A DNA stretch of 64,000 bases from Octopus vulgaris (taxonomy: Eukaryota): NCBI GenBank assembly GCA_951406725.2, contig OX597824.1:11718001-11782000 (forward strand), in the 5' to 3' direction. This document shows, piece by piece, positions 12,806-25,626 of the stretch; position 1 is the stretch's first letter, and the number at the start of each line of letters is the position of its first letter. The notes beneath the pieces were generated by a model. It searched no databases and was not told the DNA's origin. It saw only the letters and a program-made list of their open reading frames with translations. The translations under genes were made by a program, and so were the position numbers.

Positions 12806-13099
12806 AGCAGCACCGCCCCAGGTGTGAAGGACATCCTGGATAATGTTGGTCCTTGAAGGAAAAAGCAAAAAAACGAAACCGGATGATTCTGGCTTGAGAA
12901 CATTTGAGAACATTTGAGAACTGAACCGGAGCTAAAACGACGATGATGACAAGAACACCAACAACAACAACAACAGAAAGCAGCTTGTCAAGGCTATTAC
13001 ACAGCATCCCATACGATCTTTTACTTGCTTGCTTCAGTCATTAGACTGTGGCCATGCTGGAGCACCGCCTTGAAGAATTGTTTTTAGTAGAATTAATCT

Positions 13100-13490
13100 A
13101 GGTGCAGGAGTGGCTGTGTGGTAAGTAGCTTGCTAACCAACCACATGGTTCCGGGTTCAGTCCCACTGCGTGGCACCTTGGGCAAGTGTCATCTGCCGAC
13201 CAATGCCTTGTGAGTGGATTTGGTAGACGGAAACTGAAAGAAGCCTGTCGTATATATGTATATGTATATATATATGTTTGTGTGTCTGTGTTTGTCACCC
13301 TAGCATTGCTTGACAACCGATGCTGGTGAGTTTACGTCCCCGTCAATTAGCGGTTCGGCAAAAGAGACTGATAGAATAAGTATTGGGCTTACAAAGAATA
13401 AGTCCCGGGGTCGATTTGCTCGACTAAAGGCGGTGCTCCAGCATGGCCGCAGTCAAATGACTGAAACAAGTAAAAGAGTAAAAGAGAAAG
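13100..13490 (+). mobile_element. tRNA-derived SINE family B (CORE-like, internal TA/TG microsatellite)
   Basis: A-box TGGCTGTGTGGT, B-box GGTTCAGTCCC, ACCTTGGGCAAGTG CORE-like motif, tail GAAACAAGTAAAAGAG. Confidence 0.85.
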
Positions 13491-13503
13491 AGAGCCCAGT
13501 AAA

Positions 13504-13596
13504 TCTCTATATATAAAGCAGAAATTGTCTGTGTATGGCAGGATTGGTAGCCTTCAACTAACACTATCTCCTCCGAGACCCTGCGGCACAAGTTGC
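13504..13596 (+). mobile_element. Non-autonomous Helitron 5' fragment
   Basis: Matches the start of 26408-26804. Confidence 0.7.
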
Positions 13597-13769
13597 CTTT
13601 AACGGTTTTTAGTTGAGGAAATCAACCCCAGGACTTATTTTTTGTAAGACTAGTAGTACTTATTCTATCAGTTTCTTTTGCTGAACCACTAGGTTACGGG
13701 AATGTAAACACATCATCGGTTGTCAAGTGATGGTGGGGACGACAAACACAGACTCAAAGACACACACAC

Positions 13770-13809
<40 letters not shown>

Positions 13810-14248
13810 TTTTATCTGTTTCAGTTATTTGACTGTGACCATGCTGGAGCACACCAGCATCAGTTGTCAAGCGATGGTTGGGAGGACAAACACAGACATG
13901 CAAACACACACACATATACGATGGGCTTCTTTCAGTTTCCGTCTACCAAATCTACTCACAAGGCTTTGGTTGGCCTGAGGCTATATTAGAAGACACTTGC
14001 TCAAGGTGCCACACAGTGGGACTGAACCCAGAACCATGTGGTTGTTAAGCAAGCTACTTACCACACATCCACTTCTGTGCCTATGACAGGCTTCTTTCAG
14101 TTTCTGTCTACCAAATCCACTCACAAAGCTTTGGTCAGGCTGAGGCTATAGTAGAAACACTTGCCCAAAGAGGCACGCAGTGGGACTGAAACTGGAACCA
14201 TGCGGTTGGAATGCAAGCTTCTTACCACACAGCCATGTCAGTGCCTAT
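13597..14248 (-). mobile_element. SINE family B fragments (composite)
   Basis: Reverse-complement matches to 13100-13490. Confidence 0.75.
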
Positions 14249-14424
14249 AAATAAAACGATAGCCGAATAAATAAAATAATACTGAATATTACCTAGTAGA
14301 ATGTTCCATGCCTTCATTAACTGTTTTAGTCTGGGCTGGATAAATAATAATAATAAAATGATTGATACAATTATATGTACAATCAAGAGATGTAAGGAGT
14401 CAATGGTTGGTGTGTTTATAAAAG

Positions 14425-14652
14425 ACGGCGAGCTGGCAGAAACGTTAGCACGTCGGGCGAAATGCTTAGCGGTATTTCGTCTGCCGTTACATTGTGAGTT
14501 CAAATTCCGCCGAGGTCGACTTTACCTTTCATCCTTTCGGGGTCGATAAATTAAGTACCAGTTACGCACTGGGGTCGATGTAATCGACTTAATACCTATG
14601 TCTGTCCTTGTTTGTCCCTTCTATGTTTAGCCCCTTGTGGGTAATAAAGAAA
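14425..14652 (+). mobile_element. SINE family A
   Basis: Full length; TSD GGTTGGTGTGTTTATAA on both sides. Confidence 0.85.
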
Positions 14653-15119
14653 TGGGTTGGTGTGTTTATAATATGTGCATGATACTCACTGCAATGCCTC
14701 AGTGAAGAAGAAGAAAGTATGATTTAAATTCGTTTTGTGTATATATTCGTGTGTGGTACTTGCTGATATATAAAACTGTGTGTATGTTTTTTCTAGAATT
14801 CGGGATGTACTTACAATTATCCTGACGAAGTAGAATGGTGTGTTTTCAATCATGGTTGCTACACGTGGTAACACAAAGATTTACGACAAGGAGACACACA
14901 ATTATTTTCTTTTTGTAGAATCATTAAAGGTACTGTTCCATTATCCAAGGAATGTGTTGTGTACTTATTAAGTTTTGTCAGAGGGAAATATCAGGTTTTC
15001 AGGTATCTCTCTCAACCTGTCATTACTTGTCTGCTTCTTAGCACAGTGGCCATCTTGAAATTAAGAACCACAGAAAACCTAAGCATTTAAAAGACTTTGG
15101 TGTCTCAATATATGTTGTC

Positions 15120-16000
15120 CTCCCCTGGGCCCGGTCAGCTGCTTCTTGGGCACATCCATTCCACATAATGTTGACTGCCTTCAGGTCATTTTGAAACCAC
15201 CACCACCGAATGATCTTTGACCTGCTTCTTTTCCATCTGCCATTGAGTTGTACCCTAGTCATAGCTGTTTTCAAGTGACATTGGTCGGCTAGATGGAGGA
15301 TGTGACCAACCAGGTGGAATCAGCGCTCTCCAACAATCTCTTGCAGTAGCCATGAGCAATCTTTTCAGAATCTCCTCATGTGTGACACGATCCTGCCAGT
15401 TAACCCTCAGGATCTTTCTGAGATACCTATTTCTTTACTACCCACAAGGGGCTAAACACAGACAGGACAAAACAAGGACAGACAAACGGATTAAGTCGAT
15501 TATATCGACCCCAGTGCGTAACTGGTACTTAATTTATCGACCCCGAAAGGATGAAAGGCAAAGTCGACCTTAGCAGAATTTGAACTCAGAATGTAACCGC
15601 AGCCGAAATACCTATTTCTTTACTACCCACAAGGGGCTAAACACAGAGAGGACAAACAAGGACAGATAAACTGATTAAGTCGATTATATCGACCCCAGTG
15701 CGTAACTGGTACTTATTTAATCGACCTCGAAAGGATGAAAGGCAAAGTCGACCTCGGCGGAATTTGAACTCAGAACGTAGCAACAGAGGAAATACCACTA
15801 AGCATTCCACCCGGCGTGCTAACATTTCTGCCAGCTCTTTCTGAGATACCCTTGATAGAATACATTTACTTTTCTATCTGTCCTTCTGAGTCTCACTGGC
15901 ACAGATTGTAATAAATAGAACTATGGAGTTATATAAACAAAATTTCAAATCCGTGTTGATGTTTGAGGCCATCCTGATTGTTTTAGGTGCCTATATAACC
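15120..16000 (-). mobile_element. Old RTE-clade LINE fragment split by a SINE dimer
   Basis: VFYQGYLRKILRVNWQDRVTHEEILKR thumb-region motif once the SINE is removed. Confidence 0.6.
15426..15836 (-). mobile_element. SINE family A tandem dimer
   Basis: TSD TCTTTCTGAGATACC on both sides. Confidence 0.85.
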
Positions 16001-16411
16001 ACGAGCAGGAGTAGATACCCTTTCTGTTCTTCTATCCCTTAACCTGTCAAGAAAGTGATGGTCGAATGGAGAAAAGGATACACCAGATCTAAGCTGGTAC
16101 CAATTTTTAACTAACAGAAAAGGAAGTGTCTTGCTCAAGGATATAAAGCATGATTCGGTCTAGGAATCAAATTCTCAAACTTATGACCGCAAGCCGACAC
16201 TTTAACTACAAGATGACAGATCTGCACGTGTCAGATGTATCGCATATGTAGGATATTGGATCAGTATACTCTCCCTACATAAGAGCCACTTATTGGCTAT
16301 TTAAAGAGAGGGAAAGTCTTGGATTGGTGTATAAGTGAAGTATCGTATCTCTCTCTCTCTCTTTGTCTCTCCTCCTTCTCTCTCTCTCTATGCACGCGCG
16401 CACACACACAC

Positions 16412-16445
<34 letters not shown>

Positions 16446-16497
16446 TTGAAAATATATGGAAAAACAATATATTTTCAACTCATAATTTTGCCACGTT

Positions 16498-17389
16498 GTG
16501 TATACTGAATCTTCACTGTTTGCCAAAATAAATGAATTACTGCAGAATGAGGGACCTGATAATATGATTATGGATTTCGAAAAAGCAGTCCATAACGGAT
16601 TTCTGGAATCTTTTCATGGGTCGAATTTGGCATGCTACTTGTTTCATTTAGGAGAAAACGTGTACAAGCATGTCGTGCAAGAAGGACTAAAATGTAAATA
16701 TAACGAAAATGACAGTTTTAGTCTAAAAATGCACTTAAAAGGCCCTTGCCTTCCTGGCAGTTGATGTTGTAGATGGATATGAACAACTTGTAGATGATGA
16801 TGATATTCCTCAGTCAATTATATCCTATTTTGAAAATAATTATATGGGATCACCTAGAGGAAGTGGACAGAGGAAGCGACGCCTTGAACCTCCATTTCCA
16901 TTATCTATATGGAATGTTTGGGATCGATGGATGACGGGGATTGCCCGTACTACAAATAGTTTAGAAGCCTACCACAGCACACTGAAAAACCCTGTGAATA
17001 TAAGTCATCCAAATGTTTGGAAACTTATTGATGTAATTAAATGTGAGGAAAGGTTTGCCAGTATCAAATTGCAGAAGTTTACGCAAGAAGAACCAAGCGA
17101 AAAGAAAAAATACAGAGATATGAACCTGCGTGTAAAAAATGTCATGGAAAAATATGATCCAAGCCAAAAACTTATTTTTCATAAAAGCATTGCATACAAT
17201 TTGAAATTTTTGGAGAAAATATGTGATACAGCACACCTTAAAATGTATTTTTTAAAAATTCAGATATTCGTTCCTCCATTTTTCCAATGATCTCGACGAA
17301 TTGATTGACGACGAATTGACCTGGGGATGAATTGACCAACATCGAATTGACCGGGAACAAATTAAACGACGAGGAATTGACGACACCGT
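16498..17389 (+). mobile_element. Mutator-like (MULE) transposase remnant with subterminal repeats
   Basis: MDFEKAV..ACYLFHLGEN (D + CxxH-like), RTTNSLEAYH (E motif), HPNVWKLI; frameshifted; end has tandem GACGAATTGAC repeats (17294-17385). Confidence 0.8.
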
Positions 17390-17545
17390 CGCCAACTGTG
17401 TAGAGATCCAGCAAGAGACTTCCTCTAATATCCTCTACCTGTCCCCTTCCACTTTTAATCTCTCGCCAGAGGACTTTTGGATTTTTCAAGTTGAAGCAAT
17501 GCCGTATTGAATGAATAAATGTAAGTTGTCAGAAAACCTACACAT

Positions 17546-17711
17546 AGGCGCAGGAGTGGCTGTGTGGTAAGTAGCTTGCTAACCAACCACATGGTTCCGG
17601 GTTCAATCCCACTGCGTGGCATTTTGGGCAAGTGTCTTCTGCTATAGCCCCGGGCTGACCAAAGCCTTGTGAGTGGATTTGGTAGACGGAAACTGAAAGA
17701 ATCCTGTCGTA

Positions 17712-17790
<79 letters not shown>

Positions 17791-17998
17791 ATGTTTCTGT
17801 GTTTGTCCCCCTAGCATTGCTTGACAACCGATCCTGGTGTGTTTACGTCCCCGTCACTTAGCGGTTCGGCAAAAGAGACCGATAGAATAAGTACTGGGCT
17901 TACAAAGAATAAGTCCCGGGGTCGATTTGCTCGACTAAAGGCGGTGCTCCAGCATGGCCGCAGTCAAAATGACTGAAACAAGTAAAAGAGTAAAAGAG
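17546..17998 (+). mobile_element. SINE family B, full length
   Basis: As 13100-13490, with expanded (TA)n(TG)n. Confidence 0.85.
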
Positions 17999-18291
17999 AT
18001 ATGATTTGATTTGAGTGTTGAAGGCTTGTGTAGAACCAATCACACTTTTTGGAAGTGATGATAGCAAGAATATGGTGCACATATGTGCCACAATATCAAG
18101 AACAACACACCTCAGGCTTTTTCTTCAGAAGTTTCCATCTAGACAAGCTGTACCTGCAAACACTGAAGAACACGCGGTGTTACTTAACCCTGTTGCTATC
18201 TAACATCCGGTTTTAATACCCAGTGCGAAACCGATTGTTAAGATCGGCCGCAATGGATCTATAACTCAGTACACTATGATTAATATGTACT

Positions 18292-18521
18292 TATGTATGT
18301 ATGTATGTATGTATGTATGTATGTATGTATGTATGTATGTATGTATGTATGTATGTATGTATGTATATATGTATGTATGTATGTACGTACGTATGTATGT
18401 ATATGTTTGTATATACACGCATACATACAACACACACACACATACACACTCGCATATATAGCAAGCTAGCTAAGAGCGATTGACAGATAGACTGACAGAC
18501 AGACAGATAAATAGATCGATC

Positions 18522-18592
<71 letters not shown>
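18292..18592. repeat. (TATG)n and (GATA)n microsatellites
   Basis: Direct reading. Confidence 0.9.
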
Positions 18593-18593
<1 letters not shown>

Positions 18594-18595
18594 TG

Positions 18596-20357
18596 TTTCT
18601 TTATTAGCCACACAGGGCTACACACAGACGGGACAAATTACAAGGTAGAGCTTTTCTTTTTGGGGATAAAAAAAGGGGGTTTGGTTTTCAATCAAAAGGG
18701 ATCGTAAAAGGAAAGAATGAGGAAAGCAAAAAAAGCGGGGGGTAAAAATTAAAGGAAAAAGAAAAAAATCGATCAATAGGGATCGTTATCACAGAAATGT
18801 CGATATAAAGTGTAAAGGGGAGGTCAATGAAGTCACATGTTATATTTTTTTTTTACAAATAAGCAACTCTCTGTATTAATTTTTACGGTTCATAGGATCA
18901 TGGTCAAGATGGCTTCGTCATTCATACGTGCCATCCTTGCTACATTCACCCATTTTTTTTTAAAACATTCACTAGACAAAACTTGCCTCTCTACTCTCAC
19001 TTTCCTCTTCAAGTGATACTTGAAGAAGTTGATGAGAGATTGACCAGAGAGGAAAGTGTTTGTCTCTAATCCTTTCAGGCGCGTCCACCATGTACACTCT
19101 TTCGCCATAGCCACAAGTATGATGAAAATAGCTCTTCCTTCCCGTTTGAGGGAAGGAGGCGTGACAATATTGACGATAGACTCAGCTGATAAACCGATTC
19201 GTCCCACACGTGACAGCAGTTGTTCGACATAAGCCCACAGGTCGGAAATTGTTGGACACTGCACGAGTGCGTGCAGAACGGTTTCGTCGCTCTGACCGCA
19301 TCTCGGGCAGGTCGGCCCCGTATTGCTCGAGCCGTGTCTGTAGAGCTTATCCCGATCGGGTAACGCTTCTCGGTAGCACTGCCAGGCCAGGGATCTCTGG
19401 AAGTTGTCCATGGGCCCTGGCCCGAAAGTCGTCCCGAACAGGCGGGTCAGATATTCCTCGTCGACGTCCAGGTTCGCCCCGAGCTCGTCATCGTACCTCC
19501 CCTCCACTAATCCCCTATAGAATGCTTAGGTTGTGTTGAAGTTACTCAAGGTCGACCCGGGACGGCATAGTTGCTTGAGAGCAACGCGACACTCACGGTG
19601 CCATTCGCCCTTCCTCGGTCTCTTTTTGGTCCACGACTACAGTTCTGTCATGGAGATGAGCTGCGGGAAAGCGTGCCTCACAAACAGCGACCACACCTGT
19701 TCACCGTCGTCTACATAGAGCCGGAGATGTCGCAGTCTCAGCGCGTGTCTGCGCATCATCAACCACGGTATGCCCAGCCCTCCTTTTAACGGGTGTTGAC
19801 AGCAAATGGATCGTCTGACCATCGGGACGCATCATTTCCACAAGAAGCGGAAGAGAATGCGTTCTAGTTTGGTGATGGTAGGGTCGGGACAAGGTACGAC
19901 GGTCAGGCGGTAGTAGATGATAGACGGGATGTACGTGTTCGCCACCTCCGCCTGACCTTTTAGGGACAGTTTCCTCTCGGCCCATTATCTCGTTCCAGTT
20001 CTTCTCCATTTGAAGGTCCGGACCGAACCAGACCCCGAGCAACTTAACCGGGTCGTCCGTCCAGCGTCCCACGACGGAGGTGCTGGTGGACGGCATGGGT
20101 TTGCTTCTCCAGGTGCTGAGCCGCAAGCCCACTGACTTTTCCCGGTTGATTTTCTCTCCTGTCACCGCTTCGTAGTCTTTCAGTGTCTCGCCGACCCGCT
20201 CGATATGCTCATGGCTTGATACTATGACGGTGACGTCATCCGCGTATGCGGACACGCTCGACCCGCATCCCACTTCTCGCGGGATGCCCCTCAGAGTCGC
20301 CAGCTTCCGCAGTAGTGGCTCGAGAGTCAATATGTATAGAAGCGACGAGAGGGAGCA
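18596..20357 (-). mobile_element. Tx1/L1-clade LINE, 5'-truncated, frameshifted ORF2
   Basis: [33 protein letters not shown] (RT), GGLGIP, CPRCGQSDETVLHALVQC (zf-RVT); 3' UTR ends AATAAAGAAA. Confidence 0.9.
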
Positions 20358-20359
20358 GG

Positions 20360-20569
<210 letters not shown>

Positions 20570-20799
20570 AATTTGTGTATCTTACGTAGCCGCCACAGTC
20601 ATGATGATAAGAACTGTTGAAGGATACGTAACAGTAAATAGTCAAAGGGAGATCACTCCAATATTTTCGATTCACTATAAGTCAAAACTATATTCAAATA
20701 TGATCACTCGCGTCGACTGAAAGGATTATTTCCAAAGGATTTAATTCAATTATTAGAGAGTATGGCGTGTTTATACATCGCGAAAAGCAATATTTCATG

Positions 20800-21793
20800 G
20801 TTAAATTGCATGGTGGAATTCGGGTTTAAGTACTCCATATAATCCCTCATAACTTTTTATTATTTGTTTGGAATTTTCAGAAAATTTTTGCGAATCGTGT
20901 AAATTCCCACTGGATTCATATGATTGTATATAAAAAAAGAAATTAGAAAACAGAAATCTAACCTATGTACCCACACATAAATTCTAAAATTTCCTTTCCT
21001 TGTCGAATAAAAAAAATCGGAGTTTAAAAAACGGACAATGAATTTTTTATTTTTTTGCATAAATCCGCCCTTGGATACATCATCATTCTAAATATTGAAA
21101 AATATCAATACATGTCAGAGTGACAAAGAAACAAGGAAGGTATCAGGTGGTCGTCAGATGTGCTAAAAGCAACAACTAAATCGCCTATAAAAATACATAC
21201 AAAAAATTATTTTTCATACGAATTTCATACGAATTCCCGTATGTAGAACACAAAGCCGTTCAGCGACGTGCAACCAAAAGAATACCCTCCATCAGGCATT
21301 TGCCATATTCTGAACGCCTTACTTCCCTGGGCATGGAAACATTGAAACTCCGACGTCTGGAAGTTGACTTGGCAGACACCCATAAAATTATTAACCATCT
21401 TACAAACAATAACTCTGAGCACCTCTTCAAACTCCACCTGTCTAACACCCGTGGACATGTTTACAAAGTCAGGAAACAGCACAGCTCCCATGACTTTCGG
21501 AAACATTTTTTCATGCTAAGAGTTGCTGAAGTATGGAACAAACTGCCGGCATCAGTTGTTAGTTGTCGGGGCACTGCATCCTTCAAAACTTCCATGCTTC
21601 CTGAGATTCACCAACACTACACCTGACTTTCTCCCCTCCATACACACACAAGCATGAATCTGACTCATACACTGTTCACTTTCCAGACATTTGTACATTA
21701 CTGCATATGCTTTACACGCACTTTCTGACAAGTTGTAGTGCACCTGAGCTCTGTATACAATAATTTCATTATTATTGTTATTATTATTATTAC

Positions 21794-21854
<61 letters not shown>

Positions 21855-21945
21855 AATTCGCAAAAGTTTTCTGAAAATTCCAAAAAATAAAAAATTATGA
21901 GGAGTTATATGGGTTGCTTAAACCAGAATTTCGTCAATTACATGT
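20800..21945. mobile_element. MITE-like inverted repeat pair carrying a CR1 insertion
   Basis: About 20818-20895 is the reverse complement of about 21856-21930. Confidence 0.55.
21238..21852 (+). mobile_element. CR1-clade LINE 3' end with (TTA)n tail
   Basis: AVQRRATKRIPSIRHLPYSERLTSLG..RVAEVWNKLP; same family as 10901-11395. Confidence 0.9.
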
Positions 21946-22254
21946 CTAAAATTCTAAGATTAGCTGTGTATATTTTGTATTTTCTTTCTGGAGCCTCGGG
22001 ACTCATGGAGCGATGAACATTTGGGGGGGGGGGGGGTTATTCTGAAATCATAGCGGGTATGATGCATTCAATTTCACATTACCTCACGCGATTTCTTATC
22101 GTGTATACTGGTTACTCACTTTCCAAGATCACAACAATACCCCTGAATGAGACACCAGTTGGCTGCAGAGTTCAAGATTAGCAATTCTGAGTTACAGAGA
22201 CACAAACAAACCAACACCAGCTGTCAAGCGATAGTGGTGGACAAACACGCACAC

Positions 22255-22255
<1 letters not shown>

Positions 22256-22285
<30 letters not shown>

Positions 22286-22517
22286 TGTATGTATGTATGT
22301 ATGTATGTATGTATGTATGTATGTATGTATGTATGTATGTATGTATGTATGTATGTATGTATATATGTATGTATGCATGTGTGTATGTATGTATGTATGT
22401 ATGTATGTATGTGTATGTATGTATGTATGTATGTATGTATATATGTATGTATGCATGTATGCATGTATGTATGTATGTATGTATGTATGTATGTATGTAT
22501 GTATGTATGTATGTATG
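22256..22517. repeat. (TATG)n microsatellite
   Basis: Direct reading. Confidence 0.95.
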
Positions 22518-22539
22518 TTTGTACATACACACAATCACA

Positions 22540-23410
22540 CAGAGGGTGCGACAGGTAAATTGTCGCCATATTATATTTTTAATTATGCGTATGCACATTG
22601 TTTGCTTTTGATTTTGTCGACTACACAGTATAGTAGGGTCAGTAGGGCACCATCTTTGAGAGAAAAACAGCACCATGATACAATTCACTCAGCCAGAAAT
22701 TTGGAAACGAAATGCTGTACTGCTTAGCATTCGCACCGAAAGCTCCAATACGAACATTTCAGAGTGTTTAGGTGTCAATCTTTGGACAGTGCAATCTGAG
22801 AACATGTACTGAGGATGATAAAAATCAAATATCTAGTCAATATCATGGTGTTTGGAGTGATCACTAGTGATGGTGACGTTATGCCTCCATTCATCTTCCC
22901 ACACGGCCTCACACTCAACACGGAGGCCTACATCAAGTGCCTGGAAGAGGTAGTACTGCCTGGGTGATGAGGATGGCTGCTGGAAGACCCTATGTCTGGC
23001 AGCAGGACTCTGCACCATGACACACAAGCAGGAGAACCCAGTCATGGCTGTCAGACAATTTCTGCGACCACATCACCCCTAACATGTAGCCACCTCACTC
23101 CCCATATTGCAACCCCCTTGATTATTACGTGTGGGACACAGTTGAGCGAGGGATCAATAAAACTCCCTATAGCACCAAAGATGAACTGGAGGCAAGGATT
23201 ATGGCAGCATTGACCAACTTAAACAAGGAGACTGTCCAGAAGTGTTGCAGAAGATTTTGAAGTCATCTGGAGGTTGTGGTTGAAACCAATGGCGATTTTA
23301 TTGAATAAATTTACCCTTTAGTTTTTCAAGATTTTTATGTAAGTTTGGTAAATATATATATTAAAATGAGATGTCAGTGTTATTTTCATTTTTGTGTAAT
23401 TTAGACAACA
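22540..23410 (+). mobile_element. Degenerate mariner-like (maT/DD37D-type) transposon
   Basis: IMVFGVITSDGDVMPPFIFPHG..YVWQQDSAP*H..NPLDYYVW, with stops and frameshifts. Confidence 0.75.
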
Positions 23411-23414
23411 GCTT

Positions 23415-23502
<88 letters not shown>

Positions 23503-23966
23503 CGTGTGTATGTGTGTATTCATCCAATGTTATATCGCCCTAAGAAATGAATTAATGATGATGATCAACAGATACCCACGGATTCTTCGGACAACACAGT
23601 AATCATCCCAGAATAGGACTGTAATCTTAAAAGTCATGTGACTTGTGGAAACGCGCGTAGCGATGCATTAAATGTTTATAAATTCTATCCTACGATTATT
23701 ATTATTATTATCATATTTATCCTGCATTGTATCGGTACAACTTGATGCAACACCGAAAAACTTGTTCACGAGCCAGCATCATTAGACTGTGGCTGGCATA
23801 ATGGAATGGGAGCTTTATTTGCATATTCAACACGTAATACATTTGTATTGCAATATTTTATATTTTCATTGAAATTATTTTTCCATGTTCTCGGCCTGTT
23901 AACGGCTAAGCGTTCAGGTGAGTATACTGGCATCGATGTAGCAACGTTTGAAATACTGTCTAGGTA

Positions 23967-24041
23967 AATCCAGCTGATGAAGGCTAATCAAATTTACGAT
24001 GACAAACGTATTTGATGAGTCCGAAACCTAGGTACTGGATT
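23967..24041 (+). ncRNA. Type I hammerhead ribozyme (Penelope-like element remnant)
   Basis: AATCCAG-CTGATGA-(long stem II GGCT/AGTC, ATCAAAT/ATTTGAT, TACG/CGTA)-GAAA-CCTAGG-TA-CTGGATT: canonical core, palindromic stem III, predicted cleavage after GUA at 24034. Confidence 0.8.
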
Positions 24042-24222
24042 ATCCGATTCTGGTTTGTCCATTTATATAATTTATATTTTGTCTTCCTAAAGGCAAAACA
24101 AAATTTTTTATGTTCGCTACCCTCACACGCCTTTGCCAGTATATACACAGTGAAGCTTTACTATAGCGTCGTAAATGTATCGACTGCTATTTCCAGGAAA
24201 CATTGGTGCTTTGTTGTACCAC

Positions 24223-24306
<84 letters not shown>

Positions 24307-24478
24307 TACAAGCTTGAGGATAAAACCTGTTTAAGAAATTATCAGTAGTTAGCGTGAAAAACCTCGTAAGAGAAAAATCCGTAAATTTTTCCACTTTGAA
24401 AATATTTATTTATATTATATTGAGGGGTACTAGCTATTCATAGATACCGCACGCTAAGAGGGACGTCATATATATATC

Positions 24479-24532
<54 letters not shown>

Positions 24533-25080
24533 ATATATATATATATATATATATATGGTGGACAAACGATTGAAGAGGACACTCAACACATTTAGTTGGA
24601 GGTACATGTATTATTTAAGTCAGTTCAGTTCGAACGCTTTAAAAGGTGTTAGCCGAAGAAATCGACCCAAGGACTTATTCTCTGTAAGCCTAGCACTTAT
24701 TCTGTCTGTCTCGTTGGCCGAACCGCTAAGTTACAGGGACATCAACGCACCAGCATTGGTTGTCAAGTGATGATGATGATGGTGTGTGTGTGTGTTTGAA
24801 TGTGTGAGTATGGTTGTTCCTCCACCGTCGCTTGACAACCAATGTTTGTTTGTTTACATTCCCATAGCTTAGTTATTCGACAAAAGGAAAGAACGATAGA
24901 ATAAGCACACCAGAGTTAAAAGACTAACTACTTGGAGTCGATTTGTTCGACTAAACCCTTCAAGGTGGTGCCATAACATGGCCGTGGTCCAATGACTGAA
25001 ATAAATAAAAGATGAAAGAAAAAATAATAAAAACCAAAAAATTGGTAAAGAGAAATTGTGGCGGAGGATTATATCATTGT

Positions 25081-25353
25081 GGCGGCGAGCTGGCTAAGGC
25101 GGCAAGCTGGCTAAGGCGGCAAGCTGGCTAAGGCGGCAAGCTGGCTAAGGCGGCAAGCTGGCAGAAACGTTAGCACACCGGGCGAAATCCGTAGCCGTAT
25201 TTCGTCTGTCGCTACGTTCCGAGTTCAAATTCCGCCGAGGTCGACTTTACCTTTCATCCTTTCGGGGTCGATAAATTAAGTACCAGTTACGCAATGGGTT
25301 CAATCTAAACGACTTAATCTCTTTGTTTGTCCCCTCTGTGGGTAGTAAAGAAA
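25081..25353 (+). mobile_element. SINE family A with five-fold reiterated 17-bp 5' end
   Basis: (GGCGGCRAGCTGGCTAA)x4 then normal head; TSD TATATCATTGTG. Confidence 0.85.
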
Positions 25354-25626
25354 TATATATCATTGTGTAACGACTGACAATTAATGGGAGATTACTCTGG
25401 AAGACTTTCGCGTAAAACTAAAAGGATATTATTTAATGTCGGGGAATAGTGATGCTGGTGTGTTTACGTCCCCGTACCTCAGCGGTTTGGCAAAAGAGAC
25501 CGATAGAATAAGTACTAGGCTTACAAAGAATAAATCCTGGGGTCGATTTGCTCGACTAAATGCGGTGCTCCAGCATGGCCGCAGTTAAATGACTGAAACA
25601 AGTAAGAGTAAATGAAGGAAATTAAA

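Noticed and set aside
12267-13007. Poly-T/P/L/H/S/V ORFs (mucin-like appearance)
   Set aside because: Translations of a trinucleotide microsatellite, open in many frames, with no splice or domain context.
14818-14890. CTGACGA-A...hairpin as another hammerhead (similarly 6690-6738)
   Set aside because: The GAAA/stem III half or the 5' core half is missing or degraded; insufficient support.
22147-22727. MYVC/HTYI repeat ORFs (also at 204-998, 18276-18611, 27697-28036)
   Set aside because: (TATG)n microsatellites lacking stop codons.
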